Source: Synergistales bacterium
Lineage (GTDB): Bacteria > Synergistota > Synergistia > Synergistales > JAFGMB01
DNA: 64,000 nt
Direction of reading: 5' to 3'
Assembly: GCA_963666205.1 (NCBI GenBank)
Contig: OY762654.1
Span: 320,001-384,000, forward strand
In this document: positions 50,073-63,377 of the stretch, in pieces
Layout: each line of letters opens with the position of its first letter
Position numbering within the stretch: position 1 is the stretch's first letter
Program-made: the position numbers and the translations under genes
Notes under the pieces: generated by a model
Databases searched by the model: none
Told to the model about the DNA's origin: nothing
What the model saw: the letters and a program-made list of their open reading frames with translations, nothing else

Positions 50073-51272
50073 CTACTCAAGGATTTCGGTAACTACGCCG
50101 GCGCCAACGGTATGTCCGCCTTCACGGACTGCAAAACGAAGTCCCGGCTCCATGGCGATGGGAACTATAAGCTTGACTTCGAAGTTAGCGTTGTCTCCGG
50201 GCATTACCATTTCTACTCCCTCTGGAAGCTTGATCTCACCTGTTACGTCCGTGGTCCTGAAATAGAACTGAGGCTTGTATCCAGCAAAGAACGGGGTATG
50301 CCTTCCGCCTTCCTCTTTCTTCAATACATATACCTCGCCCTTGAACCATGTGTGAGGTGTAATGGATCCAGGCTTGGCCAGTACCTGGCCTCGCTCTACT
50401 TCTTCCTTGCCTACTCCCCTCAGAAGTACTCCTACGTTGTCTCCTGCCATGGCATTGTCAAGGATCTTACGGAACATCTCAAGGGATGTTGCTACACTCT
50501 TGACTATGTCCGTCTTCATTCCGATGATGGCTACTTCCTCTCCAGCATTGATGACTCCCCGCTCTACCCTGCCCGTTACCACTGTCCCTCGACCCGTTAT
50601 GGTAAATACATCCTCTATGGGCATAAGGAAAGGCTTGTCCATCTCCCTGGCTGGCTCGGGTATGTAACTGTCACATGCATCCATAAGCTCCCAGATACAC
50701 TTGGCTTCGGGAGTCTCCTTCGTTCCTTCGCTCTCAAGAGCCTTGAGAGCACTTCCCCTGACAACCGGAATGTCATCTCCAGGGAACTCATAGGCACTCA
50801 GAAGCTCACGCACTTCCATCTCTACAAGATCAAGAAGCTCTTCGTCATCCACCTGGTCTGTCTTGTTCATGAATACTACAAGGGCCGGCACATTAACCTG
50901 ACGGGCTAGAAGTACATGCTCCCTCGTCTGGGGCATGGGTCCGTCCGCTGCACTTACCACCAGAATGGCTCCGTCCATCTGGGCCGCTCCAGTGATCATG
51001 TTCTTGATGTAGTCTGCATGTCCCGGACAGTCAATATGGGCATAGTGCCTGTTATCTGTCTGGTATTCCACGTGGGCTATATTGATGGTTATTCCGCGCT
51101 CACGCTCTTCCGGTGCCTTGTCAATATCCTCAAACTTCGAAAAATCCGCAAGTCCAGACGTCGCAAGACACTTCGTGATCGCCGCTGTTAGCGTTGTCTT
51201 TCCGTGGTCTATGTGACCTACTGTCCCTATGTTCAAATGCGGCTTCGATCTTTCAAATTTCGCCTTTGCCAT
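50073..51272 (-). CDS. tuf: Elongation factor Tu
   Basis: [29 protein letters not shown]. Confidence 0.99.
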   Translation of the reverse strand: MAKAKFERSKPHLNIGTVGHIDHGKTTLTAAITKCLATSGLADFSKFEDIDKAPEERERGITINIAHVEYQTDNRHYAHIDCPGHADYIKNMITGAAQMDGAILVVSAADGPMPQTREHVLLARQVNVPALVVFMNKTDQVDDEELLDLVEMEVRELLSAYEFPGDDIPVVRGSALKALESEGTKETPEAKCIWELMDACDSYIPEPAREMDKPFLMPIEDVFTITGRGTVVTGRVERGVINAGEEVAIIGMKTDIVKSVATSLEMFRKILDNAMAGDNVGVLLRGVGKEEVERGQVLAKPGSITPHTWFKGEVYVLKKEEGGRHTPFFAGYKPQFYFRTTDVTGEIKLPEGVEMVMPGDNANFEVKLIVPIAMEPGLRFAVREGGHTVGAGVVTEILE

Positions 51273-51298
51273 TACAAGTCCCTCCTTAAATAAGACCT

Positions 51299-53356
51299 TT
51301 AACCTTTTAATATCTTCTCTGCTATGCTCTGCGAAACAGGTTCATAGTGGTCGAACTGCATGGAATAAGTAGCTCTACCCGATGTCCTGCTCCTAAGATC
51401 CGTGGCGTAACCGAACATCTCAGCCAGTGGCACAAAAGCTTTTATAGCTCTTGTATTGGCTCTCATTTCCATTCCTTCAACGTGACCTCTACGGGAAGAG
51501 AGGTCTCCCATAACATCTCCGACATATTCTTCCGGCGTGACGACTTCAACAGACATTATCGGTTCCATCAGCACAGGCCCAGCTTTTCTTACTGCTTCCT
51601 TAAAACCCATGGAAGCAGCAATTTTAAATGCCATTTCGGAACTGTCTACTTCGTGGTAGCTGCCGTCGACAAGCGCTATCTTAATGCCCACAACGGGATA
51701 ACCACCAAGAACTCCGTTGGACATTGCCTCTTCAAGACCTTTCTGAACTGCTGAGATGTACTCTCTTGGAACAGCACCGCCTACTATCTTGTCTTCAAAT
51801 TCAAAGCTTTTCTGATCTTCAAGAGGCTCAACTTCAAAGACAACATGTCCATACTGACCCCGTCCACCAGACTGTTTCACGAATTTACCCTCTGCGCGAG
51901 ACGGTTTGGTAATAGCTTCTCTATAGGCGACCTGGGGCCGGCCTACCCTAACATCTACACTGAATTCTCTTCTAAGACGATCAACAATTATCTCTAGATG
52001 AAGCTCACCCATTCCTGAGATGATTGTCTGCCCTGTCTCTTCATCAGTTTTAACTCTGAAGGTCGGATCTTCCTCAGCCAGAGCCATAAGACCTTTAGTG
52101 AGCTTGATCTTGTCCGCTTTTGTCATGGGCTCGACCGCAAGGTGAATTACCGGATCCGGGAAAGTAAGATTTTCAAGGACAATGGGTGATCCTTCATCAC
52201 AAAGGGTATCACCTGTGCGGGTCTTCTTGAGCCCTGGCAAAGCAACTATCATGCCAGCGGACGCTTCATCAAGGTCCTCCCGTTTATTAGCATGCATCTG
52301 AAGAATACGTCCTACCCTTTCCCTGGTATTGGTAACAGGGTTATAGACTGAACTTCCCTTGGTCACTGTTCCGGAATATATTCTACAGAAAACAAGGCGT
52401 CCCACAAAAGGGTCTACCATGATCTTGAATGCAAGAGCTGTAAATGTAGAATCCGCCTTAGCTGTTCTTTGCAAAGTCTCGGAAGAATCAGGAGACATTC
52501 CGACGACCGGGGGAAGGTCCATAGGACTTGGAAGATAGTCCACTACTGCATCAAGAAGAGGCTGAACGCCCTTATTCTTAAAGGCAGTACCACACATAAC
52601 AGGAATGATCTTTATTGAAATAGTACTCTGTCGAATAGCTTTTTTAATAAGTTCCTGAGGAACGTCCTGACCATCAAGATAGAGAGACATTATTTCCTCG
52701 TCAAAATCTGCAAGGGTTTCAATAAGTTCATCCCTGGCAGCGAGAGCCTCCTCCTTTAAGTTAGAAGGGATATCGATCAACTTGGGGTCATTGCCAAGTT
52801 CATCCGTGTATATCAGTGATTTAAAAGATACAAGATCGATAATTCCTTCAAAGGTATCTTCTACACCCACAGGGAGCTGGATGGGAATTGCCCTGGCACC
52901 AAGGCGCTCACGGATACCTTTAACTACTCCGTAAAAATCAGCACCAACCCTGTCCATTTTGTTAACAAAGGCGATTCGCGGAACATGATATTTATCCGCC
53001 TGACGCCACACGGTTTCAGACTGGGGTTCAACTCCACCTACAGCACAGAATACAGAGACTGCTCCATCAAGAACACGCATGGAACGCTCAACTTCAACTG
53101 TGAAGTCCACGTGGCCGGGTGTATCAATTATATTTACAAAATTGTCTTTCCACATACAGGTAGTAGCAGCAGAAGTTATAGTAATACCCCGCTCGCGCTC
53201 CTGTTCCATCCAGTCCATGGTTGCTGCTCCCTCATGAACTTCTCCAATCTTGTAATTCCGACCAGTGTAAAACAGGATACGCTCAGTGGTTGTGGTTTTC
53301 CCGGCGTCTATATGAGCGGCGATACCGATATTACGGATAAGACTAAGATCTTTCAA
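51299..53356 (-). CDS. fusA: Elongation factor G
   Basis: [36 protein letters not shown]. Confidence 0.99.
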   Translation of the reverse strand: MKDLSLIRNIGIAAHIDAGKTTTTERILFYTGRNYKIGEVHEGAATMDWMEQERERGITITSAATTCMWKDNFVNIIDTPGHVDFTVEVERSMRVLDGAVSVFCAVGGVEPQSETVWRQADKYHVPRIAFVNKMDRVGADFYGVVKGIRERLGARAIPIQLPVGVEDTFEGIIDLVSFKSLIYTDELGNDPKLIDIPSNLKEEALAARDELIETLADFDEEIMSLYLDGQDVPQELIKKAIRQSTISIKIIPVMCGTAFKNKGVQPLLDAVVDYLPSPMDLPPVVGMSPDSSETLQRTAKADSTFTALAFKIMVDPFVGRLVFCRIYSGTVTKGSSVYNPVTNTRERVGRILQMHANKREDLDEASAGMIVALPGLKKTRTGDTLCDEGSPIVLENLTFPDPVIHLAVEPMTKADKIKLTKGLMALAEEDPTFRVKTDEETGQTIISGMGELHLEIIVDRLRREFSVDVRVGRPQVAYREAITKPSRAEGKFVKQSGGRGQYGHVVFEVEPLEDQKSFEFEDKIVGGAVPREYISAVQKGLEEAMSNGVLGGYPVVGIKIALVDGSYHEVDSSEMAFKIAASMGFKEAVRKAGPVLMEPIMSVEVVTPEEYVGDVMGDLSSRRGHVEGMEMRANTRAIKAFVPLAEMFGYATDLRSRTSGRATYSMQFDHYEPVSQSIAEKILKG

Positions 53357-53397
53357 TTCATTTCACCACCAAGCACATTAGTTGACATACATCAAGC

Positions 53398-53868
53398 TTA
53401 TAAACGATAGTGAGCAAACGCTCTGTTGGCTTCAGCCATTTTGTGAGTATCTTCCCTCTTCTTGATTGAGGAACCTTCTCCCTTATAGGCGTCAACAAAT
53501 TCTCTGGCAAGTCTCTCGGACATAGGCATACCTTTTTTGGAACGGGAATAATTGATTATCCACCTTATGGCAAGCAACTGTGCCCTCTCCGGTACAACTT
53601 CAACAGGAATCTGATAAGTTGCTCCTCCAACTCTTCTTGGCCTTACTTCAACAAGAGGTTTAACATTATCCATAGCCTTTTTAAACACTTCAAAGGGTTC
53701 TGTATTGACCCTCTCGGCAGCGATATCAAGAGCAGTGTACATCACTTTTTCAGCAACACTCTTTTTGCCACCTGTCATCAAACCATTAATGAACTTCGAG
53801 ATCGCCTGACTTCCATATCTTGTATCAGGCAATAATCCTCTTTTCTTAAGGTGCCCCTTACGTGGCAT
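53398..53868 (-). CDS. rpsG: 30S ribosomal protein S7
   Basis: RRVGGATYQIP, HKMAEANRAFAHYR. Confidence 0.99.
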   Translation of the reverse strand: MPRKGHLKKRGLLPDTRYGSQAISKFINGLMTGGKKSVAEKVMYTALDIAAERVNTEPFEVFKKAMDNVKPLVEVRPRRVGGATYQIPVEVVPERAQLLAIRWIINYSRSKKGMPMSERLAREFVDAYKGEGSSIKKREDTHKMAEANRAFAHYRL

Positions 53869-53896
53869 GATTCATATTCCTCCCTTAAACCTAACT

Positions 53897-54268
53897 CTAC
53901 TTGGGCCTCCTGGCACCATATTTGGAACGCCCTCTTTTACGATTTTCAACGCCGCCACAGTCCAGAGTACCTCTTACAATATGATACCGGACACCAGGAA
54001 GGTCCTTTACTCGGCCGCCCCTCACTAGAACCACTGAATGTTCCTGAAGGTTATGTCCAATTCCCGGGATATATGATGTTACCTCAATACCGTTGGTCAA
54101 TCGAACACGGGCTACCTTCCTTAAAGCGGAATTCGGCTTCTTTGGAGTTACGGTATAAACACGTGTACAAACTCCCCTGCGAGCTGGGTTTGACTGTAAA
54201 GCAGGAGCATTGGTTTTCTGTCTTTTTTCCTTCCGTCCATGTCTTATCAGCTGGTTAATTGTTGGCAC
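53897..54268 (-). CDS. rpsL: 30S ribosomal protein S12
   Basis: [26 protein letters not shown]. Confidence 0.99.
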   Translation of the reverse strand: MPTINQLIRHGRKEKRQKTNAPALQSNPARRGVCTRVYTVTPKKPNSALRKVARVRLTNGIEVTSYIPGIGHNLQEHSVVLVRGGRVKDLPGVRYHIVRGTLDCGGVENRKRGRSKYGARRPK

Positions 54269-54303
54269 TATATTCCCTCCTTCCCATTAATTCGTAAACA
54301 ATG

Positions 54304-54558
54304 TTAATCTATCTTCTTTGCAAGACCGGCTACTGAGGCTCCCCTCGAAATAGCACAGGCTCTCCCAAGTACCTGCATTGATACTGCCTGCTCTATCTCG
54401 ATTTTCGATTCTACAGCGAGTTCAATCAAGGGTTCGATCTTGGACCGGTTTGCATCTTCTGCGATAAATAGTTTTATAATATTTCCATTTATCAATGCTT
54501 TCTTTACCTGACGCTCTCCAACAACCCTGTTTGGAACTGCGAGCTCGCTTAAAGGCAT
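54304..54558 (-). CDS. L7Ae/YbxF-family K-turn-binding protein
   Basis: VVGERQVKKAL, FIAEDA, SMQVLGRACAI; conserved rpoC-rpsL position; ATG after SD GGAGGGTG. Confidence 0.9.
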   Translation of the reverse strand: MPLSELAVPNRVVGERQVKKALINGNIIKLFIAEDANRSKIEPLIELAVESKIEIEQAVSMQVLGRACAISRGASVAGLAKKID

Positions 54559-54590
54559 AAGACACCCTCCTGTGCAAGTCGCACCGAGTG

Positions 54591-54641
54591 ATAATATCAA
54601 AATTTATTGGGAGATGTCAAGACTTCATCTTGACATCTCCC
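54591..54641 (-). promoter_or_regulatory. 14-bp perfect hairpin after rpoC containing a -35 box; putative str-operon promoter
   Basis: GGGAGATGTCAAGA-5 nt-TCTTGACATCTCCC (54609-54641); minus strand TTGACA-18 nt-TATTAT with TG extension. Confidence 0.65.
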
Positions 54642-54647
54642 CTGGAA

Positions 54648-57600
54648 CTATAGCCTATCTTCTACTTCAGACTTCGATTCTTCTTCATCCTTTTGTACTT
54701 GGGAACTCTTCAGGACCAATTCGATGTCCTTAAATTCATCTACGCCAGTTCCTGCTGGAATAAGGTGACCGATGATAACGTTTTCCTTCAATCCTTCAAG
54801 GATATCTACATCACCCTTAACCGCTGCACCGGCAAGAATCTGTGCTGTCTGCTGGAAAGATGCAGCGCTCAGGAAACTGTCAGTAGCTAAAGCAGCTTTA
54901 GTAATTCCGTGTACAAAAGGTTGACATTTTGGGCCTTCCCGCAGTTTTCTTACAAAGGTTATTCTATGGATAAGTTCTTTTTCCTCTGAATGAGCATAAA
55001 TCGGTCTAACAACGAAATTTTCAGCTTCGGCTTTTACAAGTTCTTCCAGAACTACTCTGTTTACATCCTGGCCGGCTTCAGCAATTATTGTTCCAGCGGC
55101 ATCCATAACAGGGTCAAGAAGCACTTTGCCGTATACCATATCCGAGAGAAATTCACTGACCAGTTTATCCCTTGTAATAATCCCGTCATCAATTTCGATA
55201 GCGGTTATTTCTCCATCCATAATGCTCCGGACCACCCTCCCATCGACCATATGGGCAATATCCTGTACAGCATTGCCATCTCTGTCTATGGCCTGGGAAA
55301 GGGGTTTACCCCATATCTTGTCTATCAGCCTTTCCTGAAGGGCATCTGGAACATGGATCCTCTCTATGGTTTTCCAGATCCTAACAGACGAAACGTTGGC
55401 TATTTTAAGAAGATCTACAACATCCCCTGTTAAGAGCCTGTCTGACTTACCAATAATTTCTCCATCAACGATTATATCTTCAGCCAGATAGGCACTGTCA
55501 ATCAAAGCCTCCATTGCCTCTACATTACGGACATCGAGCGGTGTAGGCACATTCCCGGTTATTATGGCAAGCTGACCAAGAGTAAGAGGTTGACCTTTCT
55601 GAACTGTTTTTCCATCAGTTGAAATAAATTCTTCGATGAGTTCCATTCCCTCAAGTCTTTTCCGGAATGAAGCTTCTCCTATAACCACTGACAGTAAACC
55701 CTTTTCGTCCTCCACCTTGATTTCGTTAACACTGGCACCAGGTCGAAGAAGGGATCGTATTGCTTTATCATCAAGTTCTGAATCCTTCTCTAGAAGAGTA
55801 CCCTGTGTATTACGCTGCACTTTCATATCCTTGAGTATTCTTCCGGAGAAAGTCCCTACAGCCTCTCGTACATTTGCCTCGTTCTCTTCAAGGATATTCT
55901 GATTTTCCGTTTCTATATCCCTTGTCCAGACCAGTTCTCCTGCAACAAAGGAGGTATCTCCTTCCTCTGTAACCCGAAGCCTGTTAACTGGTGCAACTTT
56001 CCTTAGAATAACTTCAATATGTTTATTATTGATAGAAACACCCTGAGAACGATAAACACCCTGAATCTCGTCTACGAGCGAAGATTGTACTGCTTCGATC
56101 CCTTCGACTTCAAGAAGCTGCTGAGGATCGATATAACCCTCTGTAAGCTTCTGACTTCTTGAAACATCCTGGCCTTCCTCTACGAGAAGGTTCTGTGAAG
56201 AAGGGATGTTATAGGAGATCTTTTCATCAACACCTGATGTATCGGAATTTATTATTACTTTCCGCTTTCCTTCCATTTCCCTGATCTCAGTCACTTTTCC
56301 ATCAAGGCCAGCAAGATAAGCCACCTTTTTCGGACGTCGGACCTCAAAAAGCTGCTCAATACGTGGGAGACCCTGGGTTATATCTTCTCCAGTCAGCCTG
56401 ACTCCTCCAGTATGGAAGGTTCTCATGGTAAGCTGCGTTCCCGGTTCACCAATAGATTGTGCAGCCACTACACCCACAGCTTCTCCAATGGCAACTTCTT
56501 TCCTTGTGGCTAGATCCATGCCGTAACATTTCTGACAGATCCCATGACGAAGACCGCAAGTAAGAGGGCTGCGCACCCATACAAGCGATATCCCGGCATT
56601 TTCAATACGCTGTGCATCCACAACAGAAATGCAGTCACCTTTGCTTACGATGACTTCTCCAGTTTCAGGATGGATTATATCCTTAAGAACTGTCCTTCCA
56701 GCAAGACGTTCACTAATGGATATCATTACCTTGCCATCCTGGAGAAGGGGTTTGATACATACACCCTGATCTGTACAACAATCATGATCACGAACGATAA
56801 GGTCCTGAGCCACATCAACAAGTCTTCTAGTCAAGTACCCGGATTTTGCTGTCCTCAAGGCTGTATCTGCAAGTCCCTTTCTGGCTCCATGGGTTGAAAT
56901 AAAGTATTCAAGCATGTTCAGACCTTCCCGGAAATTGGCGGTGATAGGATAATCGATGATTCTTCCGGAAGGATCAGACATAAGTCCCCTGATACCAGCC
57001 ATCTGTGCTACCTGGCTTTTACTTCCCCTAGCTCCAGAATCAACCATCATTCGAACAGGATTTTCCTCGTCCATATTGGCGACGATATGATCCGCAATAT
57101 TCCTGGAAGCCTCAGACCACAATAGTTCTTTCTCCCTGAGATATTCATCTTCAGTAAGAATACCCATCCCGAACTGGTATTTGAGGTCATGCTCCCTCTC
57201 AAGGGTGTCATCCATGATAGCACCCTTCTGGGGTGGAATGATAATAGCGTTTACACCAAGGCTGATACCACTTTTAGTAGCCCAGTGATAGCCAAGTGAT
57301 TTTATTGCATCCAGCATTTCGACAATAGCAGTTCTGTCGATGAGATCATAAGCATGGTCAATAAGAGAACTCAAAGCTCTTTTTCCAAGCTGGGAATTAA
57401 TATATCTAAGTTTCGGGTGAATGACACTATTAAAAAGTACCCTTCCAGGTGAAGTCTTGATCCATTTAAGGGAAAGATCTCCGGTCCAGGATGGATCGCA
57501 TTTCAGATTAATTTCTGCATTTACGTGGACTACCCCATGATCAAGTGCAGTGAGTGCATCATTAATATCACTAAAATATTTTCCTTCACCCTTTAGCCCA

Positions 57601-59648
57601 GATCTGAGAGATGTCAGGTAATAAATACCAAGAACTATATCTTGTGTCGGGGTAACTATAGGTTTTCCACTGGCTGGGGAAAGGATGTTATTGGCAGAAA
57701 GCATAAGCATACGGGCTTCAGACTGAGCCTCCAGCGAGAGAGGTACATGGACTGCCATCTGGTCACCATCAAAATCAGCGTTAAAAGCAGTACACACCAT
57801 TGGGTGAAGTCTTATAGCTTTGCCTTCCATCAAAACAGGCTCAAAAGCCTGAATACCTAGTCTATGGAGAGTTGGAGCCCTGTTGAGAAGTACCGGATGG
57901 TCTTTTATAATCTCTTCAAGAATTCCCCAGATCTCTTCTCTTCCTCGCTCTATAAGTCGTTTCGCACTTTTCACGTTGGGAGCCAGACCCCGCTCAACAA
58001 GCTGCCTTATAACAAAGGGTTTGAATAGCTCCAGTGCCATCTGCTTGGGAAGTCCGCACTGATAGATCTTTAATTCAGGACCAATAACGATTACTGAACG
58101 GCCTGAATAATCTACACGCTTTCCTAGAAGATTCTGCCTGAACCTGCCTTTTTTCCCTCGAAGAAGATCCGTAAGGCTCTTGAGGGGCCTGTTTCCTGCA
58201 CCGAGAACAGCTTTGCCCATTCTACCATTGTCAATAAGAGCATCAACGGACTCCTGAAGCATACGCTTCTCGTTACGAATTATGATCTCCGGAGCTCGAA
58301 GCTCCTGGAGTTTCCGAAGTCTGTTATTCCTGTTTATAACCCTTCTGTACAGGTCGTTCAAATCTGATGTTGCAAAGCGACCACCATCAAGCTGCACCAT
58401 AGGTCTGAGGTCAGGCGGAATGACAGGCAGCACCTCAAGGACCATACTTCGTGGAGAAAAACTGCTTTTGCGGAAGTCTTCGGCAACCTGTAGCCGTTTG
58501 ATCAGTTTTCTTTTTTTCTGACCTGTTGTTTCAGAAAGCTCTTCCCTCAAGGAAGATGCAAGGAGGTCAAGATCAATGTCATCAAGAAGAAGTTGGACGC
58601 CTTCGGCCCCTATTCCAGCCTTGAATCTTTTGTCATAAGCAGAACAAATATAATGCTCACGTTCAAGAATTATACTTGCCTGCTCGAAGGATGAATTTCC
58701 TTCGTCTATAACAATATAACAAGGATCCTCGATGGTTATGGTTTCTAACTGGGCCATAAAACGTCCAGGATATTTCTGGTGAAATAGCTGAAATTCACTT
58801 GTAGAAACAATATCTCCCTTTGCAAAGGGAAGATGAGCAACAGCAGTTACAATAAAGGCTTCCTGTTTCCCGACGAGAGCCCTTTCAACTTCAACAGTCA
58901 TGCCAAGATCCCGAAATCTCTCATATTCCATTTGAGAGATCACATCGTTCTCATTGTAGTTAAGATTCTCAGGAGCAGAAAGGATTCTGAAAGCAGGCTC
59001 AGCCTTAAAAACACTGTCTCCATAATCAGCCTTCATGCGTGACATCTGATTGGCAGAGAGAAGATCACCTTCGTTCATCGGAATGTCATCTACAGTAACT
59101 ATCCGGTAAGCTTCTTCGGCCTTGACCTTAGGATCATAGTGACTATGGATCTTAACCTCGCATTCAGAGATCACATCTCCTCTTTTGAGAAGATCTGCTC
59201 TCCGTCCGTCCATAACCACCTTGTAAGCGACTTCCCTTCTCCTTGTCGGAGCAAAATAAACGACCTTTTCAAGATCCCGGGTACTAGTTCCAAGAAGGAG
59301 ACTAAGCCTGCTGGGTATTCCCCTCAGGTACCAGATGTGAACAACAGGAGCTGCGAGTTCAATATGGCCCATACGTTCCCTTCTGACCCTGTTGTCTGTA
59401 ACTTCAACTCCACAACGATCACAGACCACACCTTTGAACTTGGGACCGCTTCTCTTGTATTTACCACAGGAACACTCGTAACTCTTGGTTGGACCAAATA
59501 TGCGTTCACAAAAAAGACCATCTTTTTCGGGTCTCAGAGTACGGTAATTGATGGTTTCCGGTTTTTTTACCTCACCACTTGAGAGCTCCCTTATCCTTTC
59601 AGGACTGGCAAGTTTTATCCTTACACCCGTAATTTCGCGCCTGGCCAT
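54648..59648 (-). CDS. rpoC: RNA polymerase beta' subunit (1666 aa, two large insertions)
   Basis: NADFDGD, Zn ribbon, [34 protein letters not shown]. Confidence 0.99.
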   Translation of the reverse strand: MARREITGVRIKLASPERIRELSSGEVKKPETINYRTLRPEKDGLFCERIFGPTKSYECSCGKYKRSGPKFKGVVCDRCGVEVTDNRVRRERMGHIELAAPVVHIWYLRGIPSRLSLLLGTSTRDLEKVVYFAPTRRREVAYKVVMDGRRADLLKRGDVISECEVKIHSHYDPKVKAEEAYRIVTVDDIPMNEGDLLSANQMSRMKADYGDSVFKAEPAFRILSAPENLNYNENDVISQMEYERFRDLGMTVEVERALVGKQEAFIVTAVAHLPFAKGDIVSTSEFQLFHQKYPGRFMAQLETITIEDPCYIVIDEGNSSFEQASIILEREHYICSAYDKRFKAGIGAEGVQLLLDDIDLDLLASSLREELSETTGQKKRKLIKRLQVAEDFRKSSFSPRSMVLEVLPVIPPDLRPMVQLDGGRFATSDLNDLYRRVINRNNRLRKLQELRAPEIIIRNEKRMLQESVDALIDNGRMGKAVLGAGNRPLKSLTDLLRGKKGRFRQNLLGKRVDYSGRSVIVIGPELKIYQCGLPKQMALELFKPFVIRQLVERGLAPNVKSAKRLIERGREEIWGILEEIIKDHPVLLNRAPTLHRLGIQAFEPVLMEGKAIRLHPMVCTAFNADFDGDQMAVHVPLSLEAQSEARMLMLSANNILSPASGKPIVTPTQDIVLGIYYLTSLRSGLKGEGKYFSDINDALTALDHGVVHVNAEINLKCDPSWTGDLSLKWIKTSPGRVLFNSVIHPKLRYINSQLGKRALSSLIDHAYDLIDRTAIVEMLDAIKSLGYHWATKSGISLGVNAIIIPPQKGAIMDDTLEREHDLKYQFGMGILTEDEYLREKELLWSEASRNIADHIVANMDEENPVRMMVDSGARGSKSQVAQMAGIRGLMSDPSGRIIDYPITANFREGLNMLEYFISTHGARKGLADTALRTAKSGYLTRRLVDVAQDLIVRDHDCCTDQGVCIKPLLQDGKVMISISERLAGRTVLKDIIHPETGEVIVSKGDCISVVDAQRIENAGISLVWVRSPLTCGLRHGICQKCYGMDLATRKEVAIGEAVGVVAAQSIGEPGTQLTMRTFHTGGVRLTGEDITQGLPRIEQLFEVRRPKKVAYLAGLDGKVTEIREMEGKRKVIINSDTSGVDEKISYNIPSSQNLLVEEGQDVSRSQKLTEGYIDPQQLLEVEGIEAVQSSLVDEIQGVYRSQGVSINNKHIEVILRKVAPVNRLRVTEEGDTSFVAGELVWTRDIETENQNILEENEANVREAVGTFSGRILKDMKVQRNTQGTLLEKDSELDDKAIRSLLRPGASVNEIKVEDEKGLLSVVIGEASFRKRLEGMELIEEFISTDGKTVQKGQPLTLGQLAIITGNVPTPLDVRNVEAMEALIDSAYLAEDIIVDGEIIGKSDRLLTGDVVDLLKIANVSSVRIWKTIERIHVPDALQERLIDKIWGKPLSQAIDRDGNAVQDIAHMVDGRVVRSIMDGEITAIEIDDGIITRDKLVSEFLSDMVYGKVLLDPVMDAAGTIIAEAGQDVNRVVLEELVKAEAENFVVRPIYAHSEEKELIHRITFVRKLREGPKCQPFVHGITKAALATDSFLSAASFQQTAQILAGAAVKGDVDILEGLKENVIIGHLIPAGTGVDEFKDIELVLKSSQVQKDEEESKSEVEDRL

Positions 59649-62600
59649 CTAGTTTTCAGCCCCCTTCGGGTCATCATCGGAATATCCTGCATCATTTGAA
59701 GGACTGCCAAATATCATTTCCGCAGTCACAGATGGTACATTTTTCTTATCATCCCTGGAAACAATCTTATTTTTTTCCATATTGAGGGAAGGTTTGCTAA
59801 TTCCCATGATCTCTTCTTCATCTTCAATGACAAGTTCTCCTGAAGATCCGTCACTGTAATTGATTTCCACATCGAGACCCAGACCCTGAAGTTCTTTAAC
59901 AAGGACTCTGAAGCTTTCAGGAACACCAGGCTTTGAAAGATTCTGCCCTTTTACAATTCTCTCATAGGTCTTTAATCTGCCTCTGATGTCATCCGATTTA
60001 ACTGTAAGCATTTCCTGCAGGATATTGGCAGCGCCATAACCTTCAAGTGCCCAGACTTCCATTTCCCCAAAACGCTGACCACCAAACTGGGCTTTGCCCC
60101 CCAGAGGCTGTTGTGTTATCAGACTGTATGGACCGATGGACCTGGCATGGATCTTGTCATCCACAAGATGTATAAGTTTAAGCATGTACATACACCCAAC
60201 GCTTACCTTATGCTCCATTTGTTCACCTGTCCGGCCGTCAAAAAGAGTGATCATCCCATCTGAGGTAAGATCCGGATACATTTTGTCCCTTAAATCCTCC
60301 AGCAGATCAAATATTTCCTGTTCTTTTGCTCCCTCAAATACAGGGGTCGCAACAAACCAGTCATTCTTGAGAGCAGCAAATCCCATTATTGTTTCAAGAA
60401 CCTGCCCCAGGTTCATTCGGCTTGGGACTCCCAGAGGATTAAGAACCACATCCACAGGCGTACCATCTGGAAGATAGGGCATGTCCTCAACAGGAAGAAT
60501 TCTTGAAACAACACCCTTGTTCCCATGTCTCCCCGCCATTTTGTCCCCTACCGTTATTTTCCTTAACTGGGCAACATAGATTTTTACAACCTTGTTAACC
60601 CCTGGACTTAGGGCATCACCATTTTCAGACCTCGTAAGAGTTTTAACTGCAACTATCTTCCCTCTTGCCCCGTGAGGAACCCTTAATGAAGTATCCCTTA
60701 CTTCTCTGGCTTTTTCACCGAAAATAGCCCTTAAAAGCTTTTCTTCCGGGGTCTGGTCAGATTCTCCCTTAGGAGTAACCTTTCCTACAAGTATGTCTCC
60801 TGCATTCACTTCTGCACCGGTCCTGACAATCCCATCTTCGTCAAGGTTCTTAAGAACATCTTCCCCCACGTTGGGTATATCCCTTGTTATTTCTTCAGGA
60901 CCAAGTTTTGTATCTCTGGCTTCGACTTCATACTCTTCAATGTGAATAGAAGAATAGAGGTCCTCTTTTACAAGCCTTTCGCTCAGAAGGATAGCATCTT
61001 CGAAGTTGTATCCTTCCCATGACATAAAGGCTATAAGTACATTTCGTCCTAAAGCAAGCTCTCCACTGTCGACGGACTGGCCATCAATTATTATTTCCCC
61101 TGCTCGAATCGAGTCACCTTTGGAAACAATTGGCCTCTGATGTATTATAGTTCCCTGGTTAGACCTCCGGAATTTAACCATTTCATAGACGTCTGTTCCC
61201 TGATTTGTTCGTACTTCGATCTTATTAGCATCCACATATTCTATGATCCCCTCTCGCCGGGCAACAACACAAGAACCGGAATCCTTGGCGATTCTGTGTT
61301 CAATACCCGTCCCTACCCTCGGTGCTTCTGGAAGGATCAGAGGAACTGCCTGCCTCTGCATGTTAGATCCCATAAGAGCTCGATTGGCATCATCATGCTC
61401 AAGAAAGGGGATGAGGGCAGTTGATGCTGACACTATCTGTTTTGGAGAAACGTCGAGAAATTGAACCTGTTCCCGGAGTACTGTACTGATAGCACCCCGA
61501 TGTCTTACATGACACTCCTCTTCCAGAAGTCGACCCTGCTCATCAAGTGGAGTATTAGCACGACCAACAAGGAATTCATCTTCCTCATCAGCGGCAAGGT
61601 AGAAGATCTTGTCCTGCACGACACCATTTTCAACCTTTCTTCTTGGTGTCATCAGGAAACCATATTCATTTATCCTTGCATAAGTAGCAAGAGACGTAAC
61701 AAGTCCTATATTCGGCCCTTCAGGAGTTTCGATAGGACAAACCCGTCCATAATGGGTGTAATGAACGTCTCTGGCTTCAAATCCTGCCCTTTCACGGCTC
61801 AGGCCACCTGGTCCAAGGGCGGATAGACGCCTTCTATGGGTAATCTCAGCAAGGGGGTTCGTCTGATCCATGAACTGGGAAAGCTGGCCAGAACCAAAGA
61901 ATTCTCTCAAGGCTGCAGCTATAGGTCTGACATTAATAAGATCTCTTGCCATAGCTGATTCCAGATCCGGGATAGTGGTCATCCGTTCTTTAGCGATCCT
62001 CTCCATTCGCAGGAGTCCTATACGGATCTGGTTCTGAAGCAGTTCCCCCACAGAACGAACTCTCCTGTTGCCAAGATGGTCAATGTCATCGACCCTATCT
62101 TCTCCGTTTCGTAGAGCGAGGACTCCATTTATAATACTGGTAATATCATCAATGGTAAGGAGGCGGTTCGTTTCTGAGATGTCTAGTCCAAGTCGGCGAT
62201 TCAGTTTATAGCGTCCGACTCTGCCCAGATTATATCTTCTTGTATCAAAGAAAAGCCCAAAGACATATTCCCTTGCATTTTCAATTCTTGCTGGTTCATT
62301 GGGTCTGAGTTTTCTGAATAGCTCCATTACTGCATCGTCGGAAGTAGAAGTTGAATCTCTTTCGAGTGTAGAAGCAAGGGCTGGGTCAACTTCCCAGACA
62401 GGGATTTTTGTCCTGCCCTGATCCCACAGAATCTCAAGATGCTCTTTGGTAAGCCTGTCATTTTTTCTGATCAGTACAGATCCTTCCGGATCAAGAACAG
62501 AAGTAGCTATAAGCTTTCCTTTAACTTCATCTTCAGCAATTTCCATTTCAACCTGTTTTGCACCGAAGATCTCCAGAATACCGTCATTATCAGGAATTCC

Positions 62601-63224
62601 AAATGCTTTCATAAGGACTGTAGCTGGCAATTTCTTTCTGTTATCAATATTTACAGACAGTACATCTCCTGGCGTAAGACTGAATTCAAGCCAGGCTCCC
62701 CTGTCAGGTATAATTTTTGCTGCATATGTTTCTTGTCCTGGTATTCCCATTTCAGCTGAAAAGTATACTCCTGCTGAACGGGCAAGCTGGTTCACCACAA
62801 CTCTTTCCGTACCATTAATAATAAAAGTACCCCGGTCTGTCATTACGGGGAAATCACCAAGAAAAATCTCCTCTTCCTTGATTTCTTTCGTTTTTCTGTT
62901 GACAAGACGAATTGTGGCTTTGATAGGCTTGGACCATGTCAGATCACGCTGCCTTGCTTCTTCGATATCCACTTTGGATGCTTCCAGAAAATAGCGGACG
63001 AACTCAAGAGCAAAAGAACCATCATAGCTCTCTACCGGAAACACTTCGTCAAGCAATTCCTGAAGACCGTGTTTCACTCGAAGTTCAGGGTCTACGTTCT
63101 CCTGGTAGAAGGATTCATAGGAACTTCTCTGGATCTCAATCATGTCAGGAATTTCTACAAGATCCCTGACACGTCCGAAAGTCAACCTCTGCCGCTGTCT
63201 GCCGACGGGAACGAATTCGGCCAT
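59649..63224 (-). CDS. rpoB: RNA polymerase beta subunit
   Basis: [36 protein letters not shown]. Confidence 0.99.
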   Translation of the reverse strand: MAEFVPVGRQRQRLTFGRVRDLVEIPDMIEIQRSSYESFYQENVDPELRVKHGLQELLDEVFPVESYDGSFALEFVRYFLEASKVDIEEARQRDLTWSKPIKATIRLVNRKTKEIKEEEIFLGDFPVMTDRGTFIINGTERVVVNQLARSAGVYFSAEMGIPGQETYAAKIIPDRGAWLEFSLTPGDVLSVNIDNRKKLPATVLMKAFGIPDNDGILEIFGAKQVEMEIAEDEVKGKLIATSVLDPEGSVLIRKNDRLTKEHLEILWDQGRTKIPVWEVDPALASTLERDSTSTSDDAVMELFRKLRPNEPARIENAREYVFGLFFDTRRYNLGRVGRYKLNRRLGLDISETNRLLTIDDITSIINGVLALRNGEDRVDDIDHLGNRRVRSVGELLQNQIRIGLLRMERIAKERMTTIPDLESAMARDLINVRPIAAALREFFGSGQLSQFMDQTNPLAEITHRRRLSALGPGGLSRERAGFEARDVHYTHYGRVCPIETPEGPNIGLVTSLATYARINEYGFLMTPRRKVENGVVQDKIFYLAADEEDEFLVGRANTPLDEQGRLLEEECHVRHRGAISTVLREQVQFLDVSPKQIVSASTALIPFLEHDDANRALMGSNMQRQAVPLILPEAPRVGTGIEHRIAKDSGSCVVARREGIIEYVDANKIEVRTNQGTDVYEMVKFRRSNQGTIIHQRPIVSKGDSIRAGEIIIDGQSVDSGELALGRNVLIAFMSWEGYNFEDAILLSERLVKEDLYSSIHIEEYEVEARDTKLGPEEITRDIPNVGEDVLKNLDEDGIVRTGAEVNAGDILVGKVTPKGESDQTPEEKLLRAIFGEKAREVRDTSLRVPHGARGKIVAVKTLTRSENGDALSPGVNKVVKIYVAQLRKITVGDKMAGRHGNKGVVSRILPVEDMPYLPDGTPVDVVLNPLGVPSRMNLGQVLETIMGFAALKNDWFVATPVFEGAKEQEIFDLLEDLRDKMYPDLTSDGMITLFDGRTGEQMEHKVSVGCMYMLKLIHLVDDKIHARSIGPYSLITQQPLGGKAQFGGQRFGEMEVWALEGYGAANILQEMLTVKSDDIRGRLKTYERIVKGQNLSKPGVPESFRVLVKELQGLGLDVEINYSDGSSGELVIEDEEEIMGISKPSLNMEKNKIVSRDDKKNVPSVTAEMIFGSPSNDAGYSDDDPKGAEN

Positions 63225-63282
63225 AAGTCTTTTGACCTCCCTGTTAGTCTAAAATAAGGGGAACAGAACACTGCGAAACTTA

Positions 63283-63336
63283 AAGATAACAAAAAGGGTG
63301 CATCATGTCAATGACATGACACAACCCCATTGTTAT
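63283..63336 (-). promoter_or_regulatory. tRNA terminator hairpin overlapping a putative rpoB promoter
   Basis: Minus strand GGGTTGTGTCATGTCATTGACATGATGCACCC-TTTTTG; contains TTGACA-17 nt-TATCTT with TG extension. Confidence 0.65.
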
Positions 63337-63377
63337 GCATTTCGTTTAGCACAAGCAATATAATCTGGCCTTCAATA

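Noticed and set aside
50067-50909. 280-aa ORF antisense to tuf
   Set aside because: Typical in-register shadow ORF caused by codon bias of a highly expressed gene.
54648-59648. Intein in the oversized RpoC
   Set aside because: No C/S...HN-C/S/T splice junctions or LAGLIDADG motifs; the insertions are repeats of RNAP-like modules.
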